A stretch of 64,000 nt of DNA from Antedon mediterranea (taxonomy: Eukaryota; Animalia; Echinodermata): contig NC_092671.1 in the NCBI RefSeq assembly GCF_964355755.1, forward strand, positions 22,027,317 to 22,091,316, read 5' to 3'. The notes under the pieces are model-generated. The model saw nothing but the letters and a program-made list of their open reading frames with translations. It did no database searches and was not told the DNA's origin. This document shows, one piece after another, positions 24,564 to 39,600 of this stretch. Within the stretch, counting starts at the first letter, position 1; each line of letters opens with the position of its first letter. Made by a program: the position numbers and the translations under genes.

Positions 24564-27500
24564 TCAAAGTGTACAGAATAGCTTCAAATCGCATTTGGAG
24601 ACGTTTTAGACCATGTTGTGATTTTCGAAAAAACTTGTTAACATAAAAACACCAAAGTGCTTAGAATAGCTTAAAATCGCATTTGGAGACGTTTTAGACC
24701 ATTTTGTGATTTTCGAAAAAACTTGTTAACATAAAAACACCAAAGTGCTTAGAATAGCTTCAAATCGCATTTGGAGACGTTTTAGACCATTTTGTGATTT
24801 TCGAAAAAACTTGTTGACATAAAAACACCAAAGTGCTTAGAATAGCTTCAAATCGCATTTGGAGACGTTTTAGACCATTTTGTAATTTTCAAAAAAACTT
24901 AACATAAAAACACCAAAGTTCTTAGAATAGCTTCAAATCGCATTTGGAGACGTTTTAGAAAATTTTGTGATTTTCGAAAAAACTTGTTAACATAAAAACA
25001 CCAAAGTGCTTAGAATAGCTTAAAATCGCATTTGGAGACGTTTTAGACCATTTTGTGATTTTCGAAAAAACTTGGTTACACAAAAACATCAAAGTGGTTA
25101 AAATCACATTATAAACCGTTTTAGACCATTTTGAGCATTTCGATAACACTTTTTACACAAAAACATCAAAGAGCACAAAATAGCTTAATATCGTATTTAA
25201 AAACGTTTTAAACCATTTTGAGCATTTCGACAAAACTTTTTCACACAAAACACCAAAGTGTACAGAATAGCTTCAAATCGCATTTGGAGACGTTTTAGAC
25301 CATTTTGTGATTTTCGAAAAAACTTGTTAACATAAAAACACCAAAGTACATAGAATAGCTTCAAATCGCATTTGGAGACGTTTTAGACCATTTTGTGATT
25401 TTCGAAAAAACTTGTTAACATAAAATCACCAAAGTACTTAGAATAGCTTCAAATCGCATTTTGAGACGTTTTAGACCATTTTGTGATTTTCGAAAAAACT
25501 TGTTAACACAAAAACACCAAAGTGTTTAGAAAAGCTTCAAATCGCATTTGGAGACGTTTTAGACCATTTTGGGATTTTCGAAAAAACTTGTTAACATAAA
25601 AACACCAAAGTGTTTAGAATAGCTTCAAATCGCATTTGGAGACGTTTTAGACCATTTTGTGATTTTCGAAAAAACTTGTTAACACAAAAACACCAAAGTG
25701 ATTAGAATAGCTTCAAATCGCATTTGGAGACGTTTTAGACCATTTTGTGATTTTCGAAAAAACTTGTTAACATAAAAACATCAAAGTGTACAGAATAGCT
25801 TCAAATCGCATTTGGAGACGTTTTAGACCATTTTGTGATTTTCGAAAAAACTTGTTAACATAAAAACACCAAAGTGCTTAGAATACCTTCAAATCGCATT
25901 TGGAGACGTTTTAGACCAATTTGTGATTTTCGAAAAAACTTGGTTACACAAAAACATCAAAGTGGATAAAATCACATTATAAACCGTTTTAGACCATTTT
26001 GAGCATTTCGATAACACATTTCACACAAAAACATCAAAGAGCACAAAATAGCTTAATATCGTATTTAAAAACGTTTTAAACCATTTTGAGCATTTCGACA
26101 AAACTTTTTCACACAAAACACCAAAGTGTACAGAATAGCTTCAAATCGCATTTGGAGACGTTTTAGACCATTTTGTGGTTTTCGAAAAAACTTGTTAATA
26201 TAAAAACACCAAAGTACTTAGAATAACTTCAAATCGCATTTGGAGACGTTTTAGACCATTTTGTGATTTTCGAAAAAACTTGTTAACATAAAAACACCAA
26301 AGTGATTAGAATAGCTTCAAATCGCATTTGGAGACGTTTTAGACCATTTTGTGATTTTCGAAAAAACTTGTTAACATAAAAACACCAAAGTGCTTAGAAT
26401 AGCTTCAAATCGCATTTGGAGACGTTTTAGACCATTTTGTAATTTTCAAAAAAACTTGTTAACATAAAAACACCAAAGTTCTTAGAATAGCTTCAAATCG
26501 CATTTGGAGACGTTTTAGACCATTTTGTGCATTTCGATGAAACTTGGTTACACAAAAACATCAAAGTGCTTAAAATCACATTATAAACCGTTTTAGACCA
26601 TTTGAGCATTTCGATAACACTTTTCATACAAAAACATCAAAGAGCACAATATAGATTAATATCCTATTTAAAAACGTTTTAGACCATTTTGAGCATTTCG
26701 ACAAAACTTTTTCACACAAAACACCAAAGTGCTTAGAATACCTTCAAATCTTATTTGTTGACGTTTTAGACCATTTTGTGATTTTCGAAAAAACTTGTTA
26801 ACATAAAAACATCAAAGTTTACAGAATAGCTTCAAATCGCATTTGGAGACGTTTTAGACAATTTTGTGATTTTCGAAAAAACTTGTTAACATAAAAACAC
26901 CAAAGTGCTTAGAATAGCTTCAAATCGCATTGGGAGACGTTTTAGACCATTTTGTGATTTTCGAAAAAACTTGTTAACATAAAAACATCAAAGTGTACAG
27001 AATAGCTTCAAATCGCATTTGGAGACGTTTTAGACCATTTTGTGATTTTCGAAAAAACTTGTTAACATAAAAACACCAAAGTGCTTAGAATAGCTTCAAA
27101 TCGCATTTGGAGACGTTTTAAACCATTTTGTGTTTTTCGAAAAAACTTGTTAACATAAAAACACCAAAATGTTTAGAATAGCTTCAAATCGCATTTGGAG
27201 ACGTTTTAGACCATTTTGTGATTTTCGAAAAAACTTGTTAACATAAAAACACCAAAGTGATTAGAATAGCTTCAAATCGCATTTGGAGACGTTTTAGACC
27301 ATTTTGTGCATTTCGATGAAACTTGGTTACGCAAAAACATCAAAGTGCTTAAAATCACATTATAAACCGTTTTAGACCATTTTGAGCATATCGATAAAAC
27401 TTTTTACACAAAACACAAAAGTGCTTAGAATAGCTTCAAATCGCATTTGGAAACGTTTTAGAACATTTTGTGATTTTCGAAAAAACTTGTTAACATAAAA

Positions 27501-30500
27501 ACATCAAAGAGCACAAAATAGCTTAATATCGTATTTGGAAACGTTTTAGAACATTTTGTGATTTTCGAAAAAACTTGTTAACATAAAACATCAAAGTGTA
27601 CAGAATAGCTTCAAATCGCATTTGGAGACGTTTTAGACCATGTTGTGATTTTCGAAAAAACTTGTTAACATAAAAACACCAAAGTGCTTAGAATAGCTTA
27701 AAATCGCATTTGGAGACGTTTTAGACCATTTTGTGATTTTCGAAAAAACTTGTTAACATAAAAACACCAAAGTGCTTAGAATAGCTTCAAATCGCATTTG
27801 GAGACGTTTTAGACCATTTTGTGATTTTCGAAAAAACTTGTTGACATAAAAACACCAAAGTGCTTAGAATAGCTTCAAATCGCATTTGGAGACGTTTTAG
27901 ACCATTTTGTAATTTTCAAAAAAACTTAACATAAAAACACCAAAGTTCTTAGAATAGCTTCAAATCGCATTTGGAGACGTTTTAGAAAATTTTGTGATTT
28001 TCGAAAAAACTTGTTAACATAAAAACACCAAAGTGCTTAGAATAGCTTAAAATCGCATTTGGAGACGTTTTAGACCATTTTGTGATTTTCGAAAAAACTT
28101 GGTTACACAAAAACATCAAAGTGGTTAAAATCACATTATAAACCGTTTTAGACCATTTTGAGCATTTCGATAACACTTTTTACACAAAAACATCAAAGAG
28201 CACAAAATAGCTTAATATCGTATTTAAAAACGTTTTAAACCATTTTGAGCATTTCGACAAAACTTTTTCACACAAAACACCAAAGTGTACAGAATAGCTT
28301 CAAATCGCATTTGGAGACGTTTTAGACCATTTTGTGATTTTCGAAAAAACTTGTTAACATAAAAACACCAAAGTACATAGAATAGCTTCAAATCGCATTT
28401 GGAGACGTTTTAGACCATTTTGTGATTTTCGAAAAAACTTGTTAACATAAAATCACCAAAGTACTTAGAATAGCTTCAAATCGCATTTTGAGACGTTTTA
28501 GACCATTTTGTGATTTTCGAAAAAACTTGTTAACACAAAAACACCAAAGTGTTTAGAAAAGCTTCAAATCGCATTTGGAGACGTTTTAGACCATTTTGGG
28601 ATTTTCGAAAAAACTTGTTAACATAAAAACACCAAAGTGTTTAGAATAGCTTCAAATCGCATTTGGAGACGTTTTAGACCATTTTGTGATTTTCGAAAAA
28701 ACTTGTTAACACAAAAACACCAAAGTGATTAGAATAGCTTCAAATCGCATTTGGAGACGTTTTAGACCATTTTGTGATTTTCGAAAAAACTTGTTAACAT
28801 AAAAACATCAAAGTGTACAGAATAGCTTCAAATCGCATTTGGAGACGTTTTAGACCATTTTGTGATTTTCGAAAAAACTTGTTAACATAAAAACACCAAA
28901 GTGCTTAGAATACCTTCAAATCGCATTTGGAGACGTTTTAGACCAATTTGTGATTTTCGAAAAAACTTGGTTACACAAAAACATCAAAGTGGATAAAATC
29001 ACATTATAAACCGTTTTAGACCATTTTGAGCATTTCGATAACACATTTCACACAAAAACATCAAAGAGCACAAAATAGCTTAATATCGTATTTAAAAACG
29101 TTTTAAACCATTTTGAGCATTTCGACAAAACTTTTTCACACAAAACACCAAAGTGTACAGAATAGCTTCAAATCGCATTTGGAGACGTTTTAGACCATTT
29201 TGTGGTTTTCGAAAAAACTTGTTAATATAAAAACACCAAAGTACTTAGAATAACTTCAAATCGCATTTGGAGACGTTTTAGACCATTTTGTGATTTTCGA
29301 AAAAACTTGTTAACATAAAAACACCAAAGTGATTAGAATAGCTTCAAATCGCATTTGGAGACGTTTTAGACCATTTTGTGATTTTCGAAAAAACTTGTTA
29401 ACATAAAAACACCAAAGTGCTTAGAATAGCTTCAAATCGCATTTGGAGACGTTTTAGACCATTTTGTAATTTTCAAAAAAACTTGTTAACATAAAAACAC
29501 CAAAGTTCTTAGAATAGCTTCAAATCGCATTTGGAGACGTTTTAGACCATTTTGTGCATTTCGATGAAACTTGGTTACACAAAAACATCAAAGTGCTTAA
29601 AATCACATTATAAACCGTTTTAGACCATTTGAGCATTTCGATAACACTTTTCATACAAAAACATCAAAGAGCACAATATAGATTAATATCCTATTTAAAA
29701 ACGTTTTAGACCATTTTGAGCATTTCGACAAAACTTTTTCACACAAAACACCAAAGTGCTTAGAATACCTTCAAATCTTATTTGTTGACGTTTTAGACCA
29801 TTTTGTGATTTTCGAAAAAACTTGTTAACATAAAAACATCAAAGTTTACAGAATAGCTTCAAATCGCATTTGGAGACGTTTTAGACAATTTTGTGATTTT
29901 CGAAAAAACTTGTTAACATAAAAACACCAAAGTGCTTAGAATAGCTTCAAATCGCATTGGGAGACGTTTTAGACCATTTTGTGATTTTCGAAAAAACTTG
30001 TTAACATAAAAACATCAAAGTGTACAGAATAGCTTCAAATCGCATTTGGAGACGTTTTAGACCATTTTGTGATTTTCGAAAAAACTTGTTAACATAAAAA
30101 CACCAAAGTGCTTAGAATAGCTTCAAATCGCATTTGGAGACGTTTTAAACCATTTTGTGTTTTTCGAAAAAACTTGTTAACATAAAAACACCAAAATGTT
30201 TAGAATAGCTTCAAATCGCATTTGGAGACGTTTTAGACCATTTTGTGATTTTCGAAAAAACTTGTTAACATAAAAACACCAAAGTGATTAGAATAGCTTC
30301 AAATCGCATTTGGAGACGTTTTAGACCATTTTGTGCATTTCGATGAAACTTGGTTACGCAAAAACATCAAAGTGCTTAAAATCACATTATAAACCGTTTT
30401 AGACCATTTTGAGCATATCGATAAAACTTTTTACACAAAACACAAAAGTGCTTAGAATAGCTTCAAATCGCATTTGGAAACGTTTTAGAACATTTTGTGA

Positions 30501-30617
30501 TTTTCGAAAAAACTTGTTAACATAAAAACATCAAAGAGCACAAAATAGCTTAATATCGTATTTGGAAACGTTTTAGAACATTTTGTGATTTTCGAAAAAA
30601 CTTGTTAACATAAAACA
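24564..30617 (+). repeat. Near-perfect tandem duplication of 3027 bp (24564-27590 / 27591-30617)
   Basis: The private variants CCATGTTG (24611/27638), TTGTTGACAT, the 3-bp deletion AACTTAACAT, and AATCTTATTTGTTGACG (26747/29774) all sit at offset 3027. ORFs 24955 and 27982 also differ by 3027. Confidence 0.93.
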
Positions 30618-33600
30618 CCAAAGTGTACAGAATAGCTTCAAATCGCATTTGGAGACATTTTAGACCAATTTGTGATTTCCGAAAAAACTTGTTAACATAA
30701 AAACACCAAAGTGCTAAGAATAGCTTTAAATCGCATTTGGAGACATTTTAGACCAATTTGTGATTTTCGAAAAAACTTGGTTACACAAAAACATCAAATT
30801 GCTTAAAATCACATTATAAAACCGTTTTAGACCATTTTGAGCATTTCGATAACACTTTTCACACAAAAACATCAAAGAGCATAAAATAGGTTAATATCGT
30901 ATTTAAAAACGTTTTAGACCATTTTGAGCATTTCGACAAAACTTTTTCACACAAAACACCAAAGTGTACAGAATAGCTTAATATCGTATTTAAAAACGTT
31001 TTAGACCATTTTGTGATTTTCGAAAAAACTTGTTAACATAAAAACACCAAAGTGCTTAGAATAGCTTCAAATCGCATTGGGAGACGTTTTAGACCATTTT
31101 GTGATTTTCGAAAAAACTTGTTAACATAAAAACATCAAAGTGTACAGAATAGCTTCAAATCGCATTTGGAGACGTTTTAGACCATTTTGTGATTTTCGAA
31201 AAAAACTTGTTAACATAAAAACACCAAAGTGCTTAGAATAGCTTCAAATCGCATTTGGAGACGTTTTAGACCAATTTGTGATTTTCGAAAAAACTTGGTT
31301 ACACAAAAACATCAAAGTGGATAAAATCACATTATAAACCGTTTTAGACCATTTTGAGCATTTCGATAACACATTTCACAAAAAAACATCAAAGAGCACA
31401 AAATAGCTTAATATCGTATTTAAAAACGTTTTAAACCATTTTGAGCATTTCGACAAAACTTTTTCACACAAAACACCAATGTGTACAGAATAGCTTCAAA
31501 TCGCATTTGGAGACGTTTTAGACCATTTTGTGATTTTCGAAAAAACTTGTTAATATAAAAACACCAAAGTACTTAGAATAGCTTCAAATCGCATTTGGAG
31601 ACGTTTTAGACCATTTTGTGATTTTCGAAAAAACTTGTTATCATAAAAACACCAAAGTTCTTAAAATAGCTTCAAATCGCATTTGGAGACGTTTAAGACC
31701 ATTTTGTGATTTTCGAAAAAACTTGTTAACACAAAAACACCAAAGTGTTTAGAAAAGCTTCAAATCGCATTTGGAGACGTTTTAGACCATTTTGGGATTT
31801 TCGAAAAAACTTGTTAACATAAAAACACCAAAGTGCTTAGAATAGCTTCAAATCGCATTTGGAGACGTTTTAGACCATTTTGTAATTTTCAAAAAAACTT
31901 GTTAACATAAAAACACCAAAGTTCTTAGAATAGCTTCAAATCGCATTTGAAGACGTTTTAGACCATTTTGTGCATTTCGATGAAACTTGGTTGCACAAAA
32001 ACATCAAAGTGCTTAAAATCACATTATAAACCGTTTTAGACCATTTGAGCATTTCGATAACACTTTTCACACAAAAACATCAAAGAGCACAATATAGATT
32101 AATATCCTATTTAAAAACGTTTTAGACCATTTTGAGCATTTCGACAAAACTTTTTCACACAAAACACCAAAGTGCTTAGAATACCTTCAAATCGCATTTG
32201 GAGACGTTTTAGACCATTTTGTGATTTTCGAAAAAACTTGTTAACATAAAAACATCAAAGTTTACAGAATAGCTTCAAATCGCATTTGGAGACGTTTTAG
32301 ACAATTTTGTGATTTTCGAAAAAACTTGTTAACATAAAAACACCAAAGTGCTTAGAATAGCTTCAAATCGCATTGGGAGACGTTTTAGACCATTTTGTGA
32401 TTTTGGAAAAAACTTGTTAACATAAAAACATCAAAGTGTACAGAATAGCTTCAAATCGCATTTGGAGACGTTTTAGACCATTTTGTGATTTTCGAAAAAA
32501 CTTGTTAACATAAAAACACCAAAGTACTTAGAATAGCTTCAAATCGCATTTGGAGAAGTTTTAGACCATTTTGTGATTTTCGAAAAAACTTGTTAACATA
32601 AAAACACCAAAGTGATTAGAATAGCTTCAAATCGCATTTGGAGACGTTTTAGACCATTTTGTGCATTTCGATGAAACTTGGTTACGCAAAAACATCAAAG
32701 TGCTTAAAATCACATTATAAACCGTTTTAGACCATTTTGAGCATATCGATAAAACTTTTTACACAAAACACCAAAGTGCTTAGAATAGCTTCAAATCGCA
32801 TTTGGAGACGTTTTAGACCATTTTGTGATTTTCGATGAAACTTGGTTACGCAAAAACATCAAAGTGCTTAAAATCACATTATAAACCGTTTTAGACCATT
32901 TTGAGCATATCGATAAAACTTTTTACACAAAACACCAAAGTGCTTAGAATAGCTTCAAATCGCATTTGGAGACGTTTTAGACCATTTTGTGATTTTCGAA
33001 AAAACTTGTTAACATAAAAACACCAAAGTACTTAGAATAGCTTCAAATCGCATTTGGAGAAGTTTTAGACCATTTTGTGATTTTCGAAAAAACTTGTTAA
33101 CATAAAAACACCAAAGTGATTAGAATAGCTTCAAATCGCATTTGGAGACGTTTTAGACCATTTTGTGCATTTCGATGAAACTTGGTTACGCAAAAACATC
33201 AAAGTGCTTAAAATCACATTATAAACCGTTTTAGACCATTTTGAGCATATCGATAAAACTTTTTACACAAAACACCAAAGTGCTTAGAATAGCTTCAAAT
33301 CGCATTTGGAGACGTTTTAGACCATTTTGTGATTTTCGAAAAAAACTTTTTAACATAAAAACACCAAACTGCTAAGAATAGCTTCAAATCGCATATGGAG
33401 ACAATTTAGACCATTTTGTGATTTTCGAAAAAACTTGTTAACATAAAAACACCAAAGTGCTTAGAATACCTTCAAATCGCATTTGGAGACGTTTAGACCA
33501 TTTTGTGATTTTCGAAAAAACTTGTTAACATAAAAACATCAAAGTGCTAAGAATAGCTTCCAATCGCATTTGGAGACATTTTAGACCATTTTGTGCATTT

Positions 33601-36600
33601 CGAAAAAACTTGGTTACGCAAAAACATCAAAGTGCTTAAAATCACATTATAAACCGTTTTAGACCATTTTGAGCATATCGATAACACTTTTCACACAAAA
33701 ACATCAAAGAGCACAATATAGCTTAATATCGTATTTAAAAACGTTTTAGACCATTTTGAGCATTTCGACAAAACTTTTTCACACAAAACACCAAAGTGCT
33801 TAGAATAGCTTCAAATCGCATTTGGAGACGTTTTAGACCATTTTGTGATTTTCGAAAAAACTTGTTAACATAAAAACATCAAAGGGCTAAGAATAGCTTC
33901 AAATCGCATTTGGAGACATTTTAGACCAATTAGTGATTTTCGAAAAAACTTGGTTACACAAAAACATCAAAGTGGTTAAAATCACATTATAAACCGTTTT
34001 AGACCATTTTGAGCATTTCGATAACACTTTTCACACAAAAACATCAAAGTGCTTAGAATAGCTTCAAATCGCATTTGGAGACGTTTTAGACCATTTTGTG
34101 ATTTTCGAAAAAAACTTTTTAACATAAAAATACCAAACTGCTAAGAATAGCTTCAAATCGCATATGGAGACAATTTAGACCATTTTGTGATTTTCGAAAA
34201 AACTTGTTAACATAAAAACACCAAAGTGCTTAGAATACCTTCAAATCGCATTTGGAGACGTTTTAGACCATTTTGTGATTTTCGAAAAAACTTGTTAACA
34301 TAAAAACATCAAAGTGCTAAGAATAGCTTCAAATCGCATTTGGAGACATTTTAGACCAATTAGTGATTTTCGAAAAAACTTGGTTACACAAAAACATCAA
34401 AGTGGTTAAAATCACATTATAAACCGTTTTAGACCATTTTGAGCATTTCGATAACACTTTTCACACAAAAACATCAAAGTGCTTAGAATAGCTTCAAATC
34501 GCATTTGGAGACGTTTTAGACCATTTTGTGATTTTCGAAAAAAACTTTTTAACATAAAAACACCAAACTGCTAAGAATAGCTTCAAATCGCATATGGAGA
34601 CAATTTAGACCATTTTGTGATTTTCGAAAAAACTTGTTAACATAAAAACACCAAAGTGCTTAGAATACCTTCAAATCGCATTTGGAGACGTTTTAGACCA
34701 TTTTGTGATTTTCGAAAAAACTTGTTAACATAAAAACATCAAAGTGCTAAGAATAGCTTCCAATCGCATTTGGAGACATTTTAGACCAATTTGTGATTTT
34801 CGAAAAAACTTGGTTACACAAAAACATCAAAGTGCTTAAAATCACAATATAAAACCGTTTTAGACCATTTTGAGCATTTCGATAACACTTTTCACACAAA
34901 AACACCAAAGTGCTTAAAATAGCTTCAAATCGCATTTGGAGACGTTTTAGACCATTTTGTGATTTTCGAAAAAAACTTTTTAACATAAAAACATCAAAGT
35001 GTACAGAATAGCTTCAAATCGCATTTGGAGACGTTTTAGACCATTTTGTGAATTTCGAAAAAACTTGTTAACATAAAAACACCAAAGTGCTTAGAATAGC
35101 TTCAAATCGCATTTGGAGACGTTTTAGACCATTTTGTAATTTTCAAAAAAACTTGTTAACATAAAAACACCAAAGTTCTTAGAATAGCTTCAAATCGCAT
35201 TTGGAGACGTTTTAGACCATTTTGTGCATTTCGATGAAACTTGGTTACACAAAAACATAAAAGTGCTTAAAATCACATTATAAACCGTTTTAGACCATTT
35301 GAGCATTTCGATAACACTTTTCACACAAAAACATCAAAGAGCACAATATAGCTTAATATCCTATTTAAAAACGTTTTAGACCATTTTGAGCATTTCAACA
35401 AAACTTTTTCACACAAAACACCAAAGTGCTTAGAATACCTTCAAATCGCATTTGGAGACGTTTTAGACCATTTTGTGATTTTCGAAAAAACTTGTTAACA
35501 TAAAAACATCAAAGTTTACAGAATAGCTTCAAATCGCATTTGGAGACGTTTTAGACAATTTTGTGATTTTCGAAAAAACTTGTTAACATAAAAACACCAA
35601 AGTGCTTAGAATAGCTTCAAATCGCATTGGGAGACGTTTTAGGCCATTTTGTGATTTTCGAAAAAACTTGTTAACATAAAAACACCAAAATGTTTAGAAT
35701 AGCTTCAAATCGCATTTGGAGACGTTTTAGACCATTTTGTGATTTTCGAAAAAACTTGTTAACACAAAAACACCAAAGTGATTAGAATAGCTTCAAATCG
35801 CATTTGGAGACGTTTTAGACCATTTTGTGATTTTCGAAAAAACTTGTTAACATAAAAACACCAAAGTGATTAGAATAGCTTCAAATCGCATTTGGAGACG
35901 TTTTAGACCATTTTGTGCATTTCGATGAAACTTGGTTACGCAAAAACATCAAAGTGCTTAAAATCACATTATAAACCGTTTTAGACCATTTTGAGCATAT
36001 CGATAACAGTTTTCACACAAAAACATCAAAGAGCACAATATAGCTTAATATCGTATTTAAAAACGTTTTAGACCATTTTGAGCATTTCGACAAAACTTTT
36101 TCACACAAAACACCAAAGTGCTTAGAATAGCTTCAAATCGCTTTTGGAGACGTTTTAGACCATTTTGTGATTTTCGAAAAAACTTGTTAACATAAAAACA
36201 TCAGAGTTCTAAGAATAGCTTCAAATCGCATTTGGAGACATTTTAGACCAATTAGTGATTTTCGAAAAAACTTGGTTACACAAAAACATCAAAGTGGTTA
36301 AAATCACATTATAAACCGTTTTAGACCATTTTGAGCATTTCGATAACACTTTTCACACAAAAACATCAAAGTGCTTAGAATAGCTTCAAATCGCATTTGG
36401 AGACGTTTTAGACCATTTTGTGATTTTCGAAAAAAACTTTTTAACATAAAAACACCAAACTGCTAAGAATAGCTTCAAATCGCAAATGGAAAAAAAATTA
36501 AGACCATTTTGTGATTTTCGATGAAACTTGGTTACACAAAAACATCAAAGTGCTTAAAATCACATTATAAACCGTTTTAGACCATTTGAGCATTTCGATA

Positions 36601-39600
36601 ACACTTTTCACACAAAAACATCAAAGAGCACAATATAGCTTAATATCCTATTTAAAAACGTTTTAGACCATTTTGAGCATTTCGACAAAACTTTTTCACA
36701 CAAAACACCAAAGTGCAAAGTGCTTAGAATAGCTTCAAATCGCATTGGGAGACGTTTTAGACCATTTTGTGATTTTCGAAAAAACTTGTTAACATAAAAA
36801 CATCAAAGTGTACAGAATAGCTTCAAATCGCATTTGGAGACGTTTTAGACCATTTTGTGATTTTCGAAAAAACTTGTTAACACAAAAACACCAAAGTGTT
36901 TAGAAAAGCTTCAAATCGCATTTGGAGACGTTTTAGACCATTTTGGGATTTTCGAAAAAACTTGTTAACATAAAAACACCAAAGTGCTTAGAATAGCTTC
37001 AAATCGCATTTGGAGACGTTTTAGACCATTTTGTAATTTTCAAAAAAACTTGTTAACATAAAAACACCAAAGTTCTTAGAATAGCTTCAAATCGCATTTG
37101 GAGACGTTTTAGACCATTTTGTGCATTTCGATGAAACTTGGTTACACAAAAACATCAAAGTGCTTAAAATCACATTATAAACCGTTTTAGACCATTTGAG
37201 CATTTCGATAACACTTTTCACAAAAAAACATCAAAGAGCACAATATAGATTAATATCCTATTTAAAAACGTTTTAGACCATTTTGAGCATTTCGACAAAA
37301 CTTTTTCACACAAAACACCAAAGTGCTTAGAATACCTTCAAATCGCATTTGGAGACGTTTTAGACCATTTTGTGATTTTCGAAAAAACTTGTTAACATAA
37401 AAACATCAAAGTTTACAGAATAGCTTCAAATCGCATTTGGAGACGTTTTAGACAATTTTGTGATTTTCGAAAAAACTTGTTAACATAAAAACACCAAAGT
37501 GCTTAGAATAGCTTCAAATCGCAATGGGAGACGTTTTAGACCATTTTGTGATTTTCGAAAAAACTTGTTAACATAAAAACATCAAAGTTTACAGAATAGC
37601 TTCAAATCGCATTTGGAGACGTTTTAGACCATTTTGTGATTTTCGAAAAAACTTGTTAACATAAAAACACCAAAGTGCTTAGAATAGCTTCAAATCGCAT
37701 TTGGAGACGTTTTAAACCATTTTGTGTTTTTCGAAAAAACTTGTTAACATAAAAACACCAAAATGTTTAGAATAGCTTCAAATCGCATTTGGAGACGTTT
37801 TAGACCATTTTGTGATTTTCGAAAAAACTTGTTAACATAAAAACACCAAAGTGATTAGAATAGCTTCAAATCGCATTTGGAGACGTTTTAGACCATTTTG
37901 TGCATTTCGATGAAACTTGGTTACGCAAAAACATCAAAGTGCTTAAAATCACATTATAAACCGTTTTAGACCATTTTGAGCATATCGATAAAACTTTTTA
38001 CACAAAACACCAAAGTGCTTAGAATAGCTTCAAATCGCATTTGGAAACGTTTTAGAACATTTTGTGATTTTCGAAAAAACTTGTTAACATAAAAACATCA
38101 AAGAGCACAAAATAGCTTAATATCGTATTTGGAAACGTTTTAGAACATTTTGTGATTTTCGAAAAAACTTGTTAACACAAAAACACCAAAGTGTTTAGAA
38201 AAGCTTCAAATCGCATTTGGAGACGTTTTAGACCATTTTGGGATTTTCGAAAAAACTTGTTAACATAAAAACACCAAAGTGCTTAGAATAGCTTCAAATC
38301 GCATTTGGAGACGTTTTAGACCATTTTGTAATTTTCAAAAAAACTTGTTAACATAAAAACACCAAAGTTCTTAGAATAGCTTCAAATCGCATTTGGAGAC
38401 GTTTTAGACCATTTTGTGCATTTCGATGAAACTTGGTTACACAAAAACATCAAAGTGCTTAAAATCACATTATAAACCGTTTTAGACCATTTGAGCATTT
38501 CGATAACACTTTTCACAAAAAAACATCAAAGAGCACAATATAGATTAATATCCTATTTAAAAACGTTTTAGACCATTTTGAGCATTTCGACAAAACTTTT
38601 TCACACAAAACACCAAAGTGCTTAGAATACCTTCAAATCGCATTTGGAGACGTTTTAGACCATTTTGTGATTTTCGAAAAAACTTGTTAACATAAAAACA
38701 TCAAAGTTTACAGAATAGCTTCAAATCGCATTTGGAGACGTTTTAGACAATTTTGTGATTTTCGAAAAAACTTGTTAACATAAAAACACCAAAGTGCTTA
38801 GAATAGCTTCAAATCGCATTGGGAGACGTTTTAGACCATTTTGTGATTTTCGAAAAAACTTGTTAACATAAAAACATCAAAGTTTACAGAATAGCTTCAA
38901 ATCGCATTTGGAGACGTTTTAGACCATTTTGTGATTTTCGAAAAAACTTGTTAACATAAAAACACCAAAGTGCTTAGAATAGCTTCAAATCGCATTTGGA
39001 GACGTTTTAAACCATTTTGTGTTTTTCGAAAAAACTTGTTAACATAAAAACACCAAAATGTTTAGAATAGCTTCAAATCGCATTTGGAGACGTTTTAGAC
39101 CATTTTGTGATTTTCGAAAAAACTTGTTAACATAAAAACATCAAAGTTTACAGAATAGCTTCAAATCGCATTTGGAGACGTTTTAGACAATTTTGTGATT
39201 TTCGAAAAAACTTGTTAACATAAAAACACCAAAGTGCTTAGAATAGCTTCAAATCGCATTGGGAGACGTTTTAGACCATTTTGTGATTTTCGAAAAAACT
39301 TGTTAACATAAAAACATCAAAGTTTACAGAATAGCTTCAAATCGCATTTGGAGACGTTTTAGACCATTTTGTGATTTTCGAAAAAACTTGTTAACATAAA
39401 AACACCAAAGTGCTTAGAATAGCTTCAAATCGCATTTGGAGACGTTTTAAACCATTTTGTGTTTTTCGAAAAAACTTGTTAACATAAAAACACCAAAATG
39501 TTTAGAATAGCTTCAAATCGCATTTGGAGACGTTTTAGACCATTTTGTGATTTTCGAAAAAACTTGTTAACATAAAAACACCAAAGTGATTAGAATAGCT

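Noticed and set aside
24955-25149. Minus-strand 64-aa and 79-aa ORFs (24955, 27982, 34747, 51283)
   Set aside because: These are chance stop-free frames across 2-3 satellite monomers. They recur only because the surrounding blocks are duplicated.
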